A DNA stretch of 64,000 bases from Takakia lepidozioides (Eukaryota; Plantae; Bryophyta). Location of the stretch: contig CM060733.1 of assembly GCA_030704615.1 (NCBI GenBank), positions 66,526,001-66,590,000 on the forward strand, in the 5' to 3' direction. Of this stretch, positions 36,501 through 47,098 are shown one piece after another; within the stretch, counting starts at the first letter, position 1; each line of letters opens with the position of its first letter. Both the position numbers and the translations under genes were made by a program. The notes under the pieces are model-generated. The model ran no database searches. It saw only the letters and a program-made list of their open reading frames with translations, and had not been told where the DNA came from.

Positions 36501-39500
36501 GACCTCGAGGAGTCAGAGAGTATGACTGGAGAGGAGGACTGGATGAGGAGCAGGAAGCTACCCTATTTGCTGCACACCCAGAGTGGGAGCAGGTTGCAGA
36601 GATGCGGCTGGAAAGCCTAAGTTGTTTGAGAGGTATCTGCTGTGGTGTAGTGACAGCAACACCAACTGAAGAGGAAACTAGCATTTACCCATCACATTTC
36701 TATGAAGAGAGAGAAGGAGAAATAGAAATCCTAGAAGAACCAGCCACTGTGAGCTTACAGGATGAAGTGGTGACTGGTTGGACAATCACAGCTGATGAGC
36801 AGGTGAGAGAAGTAAATGTGGGAACTCAGGAGGAACCGAGGATGGTGAAAGTAGGAGCTGATTTGGAGCCGGAATTCTTCGAAGAAGCTAAAAGCTTGTT
36901 CATCAAATACAGAGATGTATTTGCTTGGAGCTATGAGGATCTAAAAGGGATACCACCTGAAGTCTGTCAGCATAAGATTGAACTGGAACCAGGGTCAGTA
37001 CCAATCAAGCAGGCGAGGTATAGAATGAATCCCAACTACGCACAGAAGGTTGGAGAAGAGATAAAGAAGTTGGCTGAGGCTAAGTTTATATACCCAATAG
37101 AGTATACAACTTGGTTGTCACCCATTGTTATAGTTCCCAAGAAGAATGGCAAACTAAGAGTATGTGTGAACTATAAGAAGCTGAATGCTTGTACGAAGAA
37201 AGATCCTTTCCCTTTGCCATTCACAGAAGCAGTATTAGACACTGTGGCAGGCCATGAGATGTACTCATTCATGGATGGCTTCAGTGGTTATAATCAAGTG
37301 CAAGTGGCAGAAGAAGACCAAGGGAAAACAGCTTTCATCACAGACTGGGGGGCTTATGCATACAAAGTCATGCCCTTTGGACTTTGTAATGCACCAGCGA
37401 CCTTTCAGAGAGTGATAAGTGAATCTTTTCATGAGTATCTGGATGATTTCATGCAGGTGTTCTTGGATGATTTCAGTGTGTACAGCTCTAAGAATGAGCA
37501 CTTGCATAAATTGGAGTTATGCCTGGCCAGATGCAGGATGAGAGGTCTGGGCTTGAATCCAGAGAAGTGTACTTTCTGTGTGAACTCAGGGGTGCTTCTG
37601 GGACACATTGTGTGTAAGAAGGGACTTCTTGTGGATCCCAGGAAGACAGAGTCCATTAAAGCCTCTCCACCACCAGTGAATGTTAAGAGTTTAAGGAGAT
37701 TCCTTGGGCAAACCAGTTATTACAGAAGATTTGTCAAAAGGTATGCACAAATAGCAGCACCATTGAGCAAGCTTCTGAAGAAAGATGCAGTGTTTGCCTG
37801 GACAGCTGAATGTCAACAGGCGTTTGAGGAACTTACACTGTCAGTAACAACTACACCTGTGCTGATTAACCCTCACTGGCATGTAGTATTTCATGTTCAC
37901 TGCGATGCATCAGGAGAAGCGTTGGGTGCGGTGTTAGCCCAGAATGTTACAGGGAATATAGATTCACCTGTGTACTATGCTAGCCGGTTGATGAACAGTG
38001 CTGAGAGGAACTATAGCACAACGGAAAGAGAAGCATTGGCAATGATTTATGCAGTCAAGAAATTCAGGCATTACCTATTGGGAAGAAAGTTTATGTTTTA
38101 TGTGGATCACCAGGCTCTGATATATCTGGTGAACAAACCTTTGATAAGTGGAAGGATAGCGAGGTGGTTAATAATCTTGCATGAGTTTGAGTTCGAGGTT
38201 ATTTACAAGCCTGGCCGTTTGCATCTTGTGGCAGATCATTTGTCACGACTAACAACAGGAGAGGCCGCCACAGGAGTGGACGATCAGTTACCTGATGCGA
38301 GTTTATTTGTAATGGAGGTGCAAGGAAGTGCAGATGAATGGTTAGATTGGCAGTGGCCAATCAGATACTACCTTGCTCATGGTCAGTGCCCACCTAGTTA
38401 TGGTAAGGAGCAGAGGAAGAGAATCGCTATCAAAGCTTTACCTTATACTATGGTAGGAAGCAGAATGTATAAGTTAGGACCTGATGGAGTACTAAAACGA
38501 TGCTTGTACCACCATGAAGTAAATAAAGTTTTGGCGGAAGTTCATAAAGGAGTGGCTGGAGGTCATTTTGGAGAAGAGACTACCAGTAGAAAGATACTAC
38601 TCGCAGGATACTGGTGGCCTACTTTGTTCAAAGATGTACACGAGTATTGTCAGAAGTGTGATGAATGTCAGAGGCTAGGACCTTTGCAGAGATCTGGAAG
38701 AATGGCCTTGCATCCTACAATGCCTACGGAACCATTTCAGAAATGGGGACTAGACTTTGTTGGACCAATTAATCCACCATCCAAGAATACACGAAACAGG
38801 TACATAATTACAGCCACTGATTATACTACAAAGTGGGTGGAAGCTAAAGCTTTGAGGGACAACACAGCCAAGTCCACAGCAAGGTTCCTGTACGAGAACA
38901 TACTTACACGATTTGGCTGTCCCTTAGAATTTATCAGTGATCAAGGAAGTCACTTCATGAATGAGACCATTGAGTTGTTGACTAAAGAGTTTATGATTGT
39001 GCATAGAAAGAGTACAACATATTACCCGCAGGGTAATGGGCAGGCAGAGGCTACCAACAAAATACTATGTACTATCTTGGCTAAGATAGTCAATGCAAAC
39101 AGAACGGATTGGGATACAAAGCTGCTGACAGCTTTGTGGTCATACAGGACTTCATATAAAGTCACCACTAAGTATACACCATTCCAATTAGTTTATGGTA
39201 TGGAAGCCTTACTTCCAGTGGAATTCCTGTTACCTACCATGAGAACGGAGTGGGGAAAAAGAATGGAATTGCAAGACTCCATCAAGGTCAGGAAACATGA
39301 ATTATACCATGTGGAAGAAGTACGTGCTGATGCAGCTGATAATATGACCAGAATTCAGATGAAGAGAAAGGAACAGTTTGATGAAGGCAAGTTAAAGACT
39401 TTTAAGACGGGGGATTTGGTTCTATGGTTGCAAAGAAAGGAAAGATTCAAGCTTCTAAGCTTAAATCACCATGGAAAGGACCTTATGTCATACAAAAGAT

Positions 39501-40653
39501 GTATGATAACAACACCGCCATGTTACAAACCATTAACAAAGAAATGCTGGGAAGAGTCAATGCAAATAAGTTGAAGGGGTACAGTGGTATCCATGACAAA
39601 CCCCTGCAGCATGATTTGCATGTTGAACCGCAAGAGCAGTCACGGGCTGCACCAGTGTTACGAACGGAGTATGGAACACTTGTCGCTAGGCCCAGCATAT
39701 ATGACCAGGGTGGGCAAAACAAACGTGACACAGCCTATCACAGCCCATCACGAACAGCCTATCACAGCCCATCACGACGTGACACAACCTATCACAGCCC
39801 AGCAAGGCGCAACACAGCCTATCACAGCCCATCACGACGTGACACAGCCTATCACAGCCCAGCAAGGCGCAACACAGCCTATCACAGCCCATCACGGCGT
39901 GACACAGCCTATCACAGCCCAGCACGGCGCAACACAGCCTATCACAACCTACCGCAGCGTGTCACAGCCTATCACAGCTTACCACAGTGCATCACAGCCT
40001 ATCACAGCGTAACACAGTATGACACAGCCTGTCACAGCTCAACACAGCCTACTAAAGTTACACGATCCATAGAATCAGTGACAAGTGGACACATAATAAC
40101 TTCAGGAAAATGGCTGAAGGAAGAAGAAACGGAAATTACTTTAAAAATAGACACGTGGAGGTCAGGGCGCGACACACAGCCGAGAATGAAGTGCAAGGAC
40201 AGGTGTCAAAAAGAAAGAGGACAAGAACGGCCGTCAAAAGGGATGAAAGGCGGGCCCATTAATGAGTACGGAAAAAGGGAAACGGAACGAACGGCAAGTA
40301 CAGAAAAGCGGAATTCTTGTCACATGTGTGATCCTAGTGGACTATCCAACAGGGAAAGTCCACTAAAGAAGATAAAATTTAAAATCCAGTCACAGCGGAT
40401 ACAGCCAATAGAAAACCAGAGAAAGGATCAAGAAAATGGAGGGAAATTGAGCGCAAGAGGCGGCGTCGTTCTGAGTAACGGGCGTCTCGACAGGACAGAC
40501 CATCAATGCTATACCTTGGAAACTATGGAGGAACTAACAGACTATACGCTCGCAATATTACTTACGCAGTGGCATAGACACGAAAGGACAGAGCGGAGTT
40601 TTCTCTTGAGTGATGCTTGCAAGCCCCGCAGGCTTACAAGAAATTACCCATAG
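33586..40653 (+). CDS. gag-pol: Gag-Pol (CA, 3 CCHC knuckles, PR, RT, RNaseH, IN) broken only by single-base deletions
   Basis: ORFs 33586, 34242, 35039 and 39424 each join by a -1 shift. Motifs: DPDVHISQF; CAKCQNEGHTTTEC; LIDGGSG; SFMDGFSGYNQ; FLDD; CDAS; HKGVAGGH..CDEC; GLDFVGP; SDQG; QAEATN; WKGPY. Confidence 0.93.
39722..40050 (+). repeat. 30-bp coding tandem repeat (D/NTAYHSPS/ARR) built on CACAG
   Basis: GACACAGCCTATCACAGCCCATCACGACGT and AACACAGCCTATCACAGCCCAGCAAGGCGC-type units. Confidence 0.92.
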
Positions 40654-43600
40654 CTTTCTGCGGCAACCATACGTTTATGCTTTGTGCACTACAGGCATTC
40701 CTGCAGTTGTTACAGCCAAAACAGTTCTGTGAGTCTAAAATGAAGAGAGTGAGAGGAATGGAGGAAATCAGGGTGAAGAGCACCACAATTCTGCAGAAAC
40801 AAACGATTGCTACCCCACAGGCGATACAGATACTGGAGGAGCTGAGATTGCAAGGATTGCAAAGCCTAGATTGGACACTACACCATAGACAGTACATGTT
40901 ACAATTTTTGCAGAACTTTGAGCCAAGGACAGGAACAACAACGGTGAAGGGAGTTGAATTAATGATTACTCCCCTATACCTCCAGCAATTGTTTCGATTG
41001 CCAGCAGGTCAGGTGCATGTGGAGCAACACAGGGCAAGACTGCAAATAGAGGACTTATTCCAAGAAGGGAGTTTCTTTAAAACTCAGGGTTATGCTTGTA
41101 CCAAAGCTGTGTACCCAGGGTTAAAAGAGATAGGCCAGGTATTGAACGTTCTGATTGCCCTGAAACAGAACCAACAGTATTTGAGCAGATCCTTCACAGA
41201 GGAAATACTCAAAGGCCTGAAGGGACAAGAGGTACAATGGGCGGACATAATGTACAACGCACTGGTAGAGGAGATGAAAAGATTACAAGGTACTACCGCA
41301 AAGTCTCCTATCATAGTGTCTGGCCCAATCATTGCTCAAATAATCCTTGATTCTGGCATACTTAATGCACAAGAAAGGAAGGAAATGGGAGTGTTTGAGC
41401 CAGAAACAACTGCAATGGAAGAGCAAGGCTCTTCACACAGTGAGGGTGGACTAGCAGCACAACCCGAGACTAAGAGGCAGAGAAGGGGAAAGACTGTAGT
41501 GGCGAATCCACTGGCTTCACGGATTCCGCATGATAATGTTTCCCAAGCTCATGGCCAGGAAGGGGCACAGCAGCACAGAGAAATGCTATTACTGGAAGCA
41601 GGACCTTCAGAGAGGGAGGAGGAAGTTACTTCTGCATCACAACCATCACAGCCACTTGAACGACTTGTCACAAGGTCACAAGTTATCCATGCAGCTCAAC
41701 CCGAAATAATTGATTTGGAAAGTGAAGGGATAGATATTCCAACTACAGAACAGATAGTGGCAGAAATAGAGAAAGGGGACCTTCTCTATGAATATTCTGG
41801 TCTGGTCAAGGAGACAGAAATCCAGAGGTGCAACAGTTGCCCAAGGGAAATCCTGAGGTGCATATAATACACACACCTGTGTCGGAGGTACCACAGGCGG
41901 AAGGTCATGACACTGTAGCACCGGTGATAGATGAAGTAGTTCAGGAAGAAAATCCGGTGGGACAATGGCCTGAATGGTTAGTGAGACATCATACTGTTGA
42001 AGATCAGGAGGAACAGCAGCAACCTCACCATGATGACCCTCAACAGGCAATGCTGATGAGTTCCATAGGCAGGACACTTAATTTGTTGGGGACTTATGTC
42101 AAATCCCATGTTCCAATTACCCAATTGACAGCCTTGAGAGAGGAACTCAGGAAGGAGTTTGAGGCTCGACTTGCCACTGAGTGTGCAAACAAGGTCGATG
42201 AAGAGGTCACTCTCAAGATGAAGCAGGACTTGGGAAATACAGAAATGGCTTTGCAATTGGCCAGGCAACAATTGATTGAGGCAGGCCTCGCGCAAGACCA
42301 GTTGCACGAAGCACATAAGCAACAGCTATACCAAATGCAGGTGCAGCATGAAAGCAAGTTGCAAGAACTGAATGCACTACACACGGAGTTGCAGACAGTG
42401 CATAACAGGATGGCGATACAATGTGCTACATTTACAACTATGCTTGACCAATCTACTAAAGAAATAAACAGTCAAGCGGAAAAATGTACGAAGGCAGAAG
42501 AAGAGAATGTTGAGCAAATGAAGCTCATTGTCGATATGAAGAATACAATCTGTCGCAATGAAGATACTTTCAAGCAATACAGGCAGATGGAAGCTGATCA
42601 AGAGAAACACATCGTGGAGTTGCAACAAACCATCATGGCCAATAGAAATGAAATCGCGGTCAGTAACAAGGCTTGGAAGAAGCCAATAATCTACTTGCTG
42701 CTTATGCGCAATTGGTTGAACCACAGCGAAGCGCATGGAGGCTTTACAACAGCAGTTGGAATTGTACAAGCTAAGAGAGGAGCAAACTCTCAGGGGAACC
42801 ACAAGCAGCTTGGTGGATAACAGCCTTATGCAGGTCTGGTTAGCACAAGGGCCAGTAGAGGGCAAAGCCCCACGGAAGCTCACCCAAAGCGAGATGAATG
42901 AGCTCAGGCTGCAGGTGCAGAACATTGCCACAACTACTATAGACAATGTCTATAGTAGGATAGCAGAGTTACAAGAGGATGTAGACGGACTCCAGACTCA
43001 AGTCGAAGAACTCACTTCAAACATCGACCAAAGAGTCTATATCCCTCAGGAACAGCTAATGGCTTCTTATTTACAAGCCAGAACTTTGGCTTTTCAGTCT
43101 TCACAGGAGGTGCAGGAGATGCCAATGATACAAGAGCCAGTACCACCACCACCACAACAAGTCACTGTACCAGTAGCTGAACCTGTGGTTACTACAACCA
43201 CACCACAGCCACCACAGCCGGAGGTATGGGGCAATGCTGCTTTTAACCCACCTAAAACTCCAGCTGCAAGGGAGTACAGCAGGGCTATGCTTATGCCCTT
43301 CAACCAAATTCCCATCATGTTGGATTTGGCTTGGAAAGAATTTAGTCCTCCGCAGTCATTCGCACATTACTACCAAATCATGCGTATTTGGCTGCCAGTG
43401 GCAACTAGGACTAAAGTTCTTCCAAACAATCGACATATTGAAGATCATCACTTTGCACAATACTGGCACGAGGCAGGTACCATGTTGAGGGAATTGGTTG
43501 CTTTCCAGGTGGTACATGGACTCATTTATACCAAGACCAAGGAGATAGCAAGTATTGTCATGGGGTGCGGGCTATACTACGCTGCTTGTTTTCTGGTACG

Positions 43601-44318
43601 TTACCACATTGAGCAACAAAAGATGCAAACACGCTTTCAAAGTTATTCCAGTGGAGATCATTGGGTATTACCTTCGGTGCCACCTCATATGTACCTATAT
43701 GACCCAAAAGTTATGATGCAAAAGGATTCTCAAATTCGTTCATGGTTTCAAGCTGCCTGCAACCATTTGTCAACACAGAAATTCGGCATTGATGACATTT
43801 TCTATAAGGGACATGTGGCATGGAAGTACTTGCACGCTGCACCAGTAATTGGTACCCCACTCACCTGGACAGACAAGGAGCTCAGTGTCTACACCAATTT
43901 TGCTGTTCAGCGGTTACACCAAGTTGTAAAATGCAAACTTCCAGACATGGTAGGACAGCATTGTATGCCCCAGATGATTCCACAAAAGGTTCGAAAATTA
44001 AAACATCTGAGAGGTGATGAGGATTCTGATACAACTGTTTCTTCACAGAATTCTTTTGACATGGGAGAAGACTATGCAATTCAGATGGCAGAAAAGAAGC
44101 GACGGGGGTCTCCTATGCCGGGACGGTTAGTGAGGGAAACGGTTAGAACTGCGGATAGGAAGATAAAAGGGAAAACGGGGAATGAAGGAGGGGGATTTTT
44201 ATCATTATTCGGAGGAGGACTTCTTAGTGAGGCTGGAGCGGAGATCGGAAGCAAAGATGGAGAGCACGGTGAAGGAGGAAAGAGGATTAGTAGATGCTTG
44301 TTATATGCAAAGCTGTAG
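40524..44318 (+). CDS. 3' extension ORF: plant-transposon ('env-like'/Transposase_32-like) domain, acidic linker, coiled coil, Pro-rich hinge, unknown C-terminal domain
   Basis: ORFs 40617, 41828 and 42735 are collinear with the copies at 47-51.5 kb and 61-64 kb. YMLQFLQNF..TVKGVELMITPLYLQQLFRLPAG and GQEVQWADIMYNALVEEM resemble plant LTR accessory ORFs. Confidence 0.75.
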
Positions 44319-44678
44319 TGATATTGTAGAGCAGATTAGAGACACAATGGCTTCGGCTTGATACCTGATAAATCATAATCTGATACTTATACGATACAAT
44401 CACACTGTGTAGAGAGATCTGAGTGAAGCTGTGGATTGAATGGATGAGTGAAGGAAACCGATAGATTGATGAAGCAAACTGATACTTAATTATCAATGGT
44501 AAGGTAGCTAAGATGAATGCGGAAAGGGAAACAAATAGGAAACACCCCCATGATACACTAGCTGTAGGTCATGACTGATTGTTCTGCGCGGGCTGAGTAC
44601 TTAGAGATTTCCAACTCTTCTATCTTGGAGTTTCCGCCTCGGATAGCGAAGGGATGGGTGAGTAAAAGCCGCGCGACA
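44122..44678 (+). repeat. 3' LTR, 5'-truncated (557 bp)
   Basis: Matches 32423-32976 with 2 substitutions and one 3-bp indel by eye; the PPT and first 519 bp are absent. Confidence 0.95.
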
Positions 44679-44683
44679 AGGAT

Positions 44684-45232
44684 GAGCTGGCAAAGTCCGT
44701 GATGCAGGACTTGAGAATGGGGGTTAAATCGCAGTTCCACTTGCAAAATGGGTTGCTCCGGTATAAGCAAAAGCGTCTCTATGTGCCGAAGGGAGGGATC
44801 AGAGATAGCCTCTTGAGAGAATGCCATGATAGCCCGCTTGCGGGCCACGGCGGAGCCAAGCGCACTGCGGCACTCTTGAAGAAAGAGTATTTCTGGCCCA
44901 AACTGAGGGAGGAGGCAGAGGAGTATGTCAAGACATGCACCACATGCCAACAAAACCGGAGCGAGTATAAAAAGCAAGCGGGGCTGTTACAACCCTTGCC
45001 GATTCCAGAGGGGACTTGGGAAAGCGTCTCGATGGATTTCATGACTGCTATGCCGCTGTCAAAAGGATTCGATGCAATCATGGTGGTGGTGGATAGGTTC
45101 AGTAAAATGGGCCATTTCATCCCCACCAAGGAGACGGCAACGGCGCAGGAGACAGGGCGACTTTACTTCGCCCACGTCTTAAAGCATCATGGAGTCCCGA
45201 AGGATATTGTCTCGGACCGCGATCCAAAGTTT
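44684..45232 (+). pseudogene. pol: Integrase of the Galadriel-like element, truncated after the second catalytic Asp
   Basis: CHDSPLAGH...CTTC (HHCC), GLLQPLPIPEGTWESVSMDF, VVDRFSK, SDRDPKF, then unrelated sequence. Confidence 0.92.
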
Positions 45233-46520
45233 TGGGATGCGCATTGGCAGATAGACAGATTCCTCTCTGGCAGTCGACAATGCAGTGATCGCTCTGCTCA
45301 GAAATTTATGATTCTATTAAATTCGCAACGGCGCTCTTACTCCTCGTTGGGAAGTACTCCACCCCTACTTAGCCACAGATTACATGTTGCTCTCTTTCTG
45401 TATGAGCTACTCTCTATCTGTGAACACTTCTACTTTGATTGCGTTCTGCTGGAGACATCTACTGGACGCCATGGCGCAGGGCATACCACAAACACTCAAG
45501 GTTTTTTTTTAGTGTACCCTTGCTTGGATTATGATTTGTACATGCTTTAGAATTCAACACTGACATGGATAGCAACTGTGAAAACCTGCCACTCACCTGA
45601 TGCATCCTCACTAAGTGAGGGTCTTCACTTGTCTTGAATTATTGAAGCTTGCAGAGTCTGATTCATGCATAAGGGATTGCTGCTACCGCCTGAAGCTGCT
45701 GATACCAACTGTTGTTTCAAATCTGCCATCTTGCTGCCTCAAATCGGCTTCAAGTCTGCTCTAATGAGGATCACCTTCTTACTCCTTATCCTTGTTTTTG
45801 GTTCTTGATAACCACTTCTCTATGTTTTGGAGTTAAGACACACAAGGGACTTCATAGAAAACAAAATCTCTATTGAAGGCTCTGGCTGTTTTCAACAAAG
45901 GTACATGGCTGCGGCTATAGCTCTGGTAGCATGGAAACTAAGCTCTGAAATGAAACACCATGGCCTAGCTCTGATGGATCAGAAGATAGACCTTGTGATA
46001 ACAAACATTCTTCAAGGCTCTTATATCACCACTATTTCATTGCATGATAGGGGACAATGGTTTCTGAGTTCATTTCTTTAACTAGCAGAGCTTGTTATGA
46101 GGCCCTGGAATACCACTCCAGGCCCATATCTACTTGAGGGTACTCAGCCCTATGTTTTGTGTTGTTAGAAGTCTGGCTTATGACTTGGCACTGAAGCACC
46201 TTCAGACCTGGCCCCATCAGTATTTTGGTTTCAAGAACTGCTTGCTGGTAGATGTTGTGCGCTTCCTACCTTATACTATGGCAGAGTTTTGATCTTGAAG
46301 TCCTGGAATAACTATCCAGGCTTACATATGCCTGAAAAAACTCAGCCCCGTTTCTACTTTATGAATCTTGCATGTGTCTTGGCACTGACAGATCAGTTTC
46401 ATGCCTACACAGGATGCTGTTTTAGGAAGATGAATGACTCAAGAACTAGATTATGTAAGGCTTGACCCATGTCAACAACAAAAAATGAATGCTTTATGTC
46501 AACTTATGGTGCTTTCAGGA

Positions 46521-46965
46521 TATGAATGACCAGGAATCCCGCCCTCCCACCCTGTTTTTTCAGATACCCTGAAAAGTTATAAGATGTTCAAATGAGTTGG
46601 TAAAAGGGGTTGTTAGATGATGCCCTGTAAAGGGTTGCTTTGTCTTTCAATGACAATGACCTTAGTGGTCTTGTCCATGTCTTGACATGACATGTATATC
46701 TTCTCTTTCGTGCTGCTCACCAAAAAAAAAAACCAAAGAGGGAAAGAGGGGGTAGAAAAAGTTAATAAGAGAGAGGGAGAGAGTGGGAAGATATTCATGT
46801 CATGTCAAGACATGGACAAGACCAACTAGGGTCATTTGTCAATTAAAGACATAAACAGCCCATGACAGGGCACCATCTAACATTTCCAGTCTTGTCATAA
46901 CACACCAAGTGACACCACCCATTCAGTCATGATAAAACAGGGTGGGAGGGCGGGGTATGTTCATA
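46521..46965. repeat. Imperfect foldback inverted repeat (MITE-like)
   Basis: CCCGCCCTCCCACCCTGTTTT (46538-58) pairs with AAAACAGGGTGGGAGGGCGGG (46934-54); 46612-46702 pairs with 46787-46881. Confidence 0.75.
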
Positions 46966-47098
46966 ATCAGATTCCTGTCATGTATCCAAGTGACCCTCTT
47001 GCACAATATAAGTCAGATTGCAGCCTCATATTATATCATCCATAGTTATCCATAAGATATGCACCATGCAAGATATCATGGGCATATAAGAACTTCTT

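Larger units (their letters stand above)
31904..44678 (+). mobile_element. Near-complete non-chromovirus Ty3/Gypsy element (family G; Athila/Tat/Phygy-like RT)
   Basis: TG...CA ends; 5-bp TSD AGGAT (31899-903 and 44679-683); LTRs, PBS, gag-pol and extra ORFs. Confidence 0.95.
28765..45232 (+). mobile_element. Galadriel-like chromovirus (Ty3/Gypsy) internal region, split by a nested insertion and truncated at both ends; no LTRs found
   Basis: gag-pol to 31903, resuming at 44684 and ending at 45232; the frame is restored when the insertion plus one TSD copy is removed (CRKD|ELAKSVMQ). Confidence 0.88.

Noticed and set aside
45233-45550. Novel C-terminal extension of the chromovirus integrase
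   Set aside because: Homology stops at SDRDPKF before the catalytic Glu; the rest is read-through into unrelated DNA.
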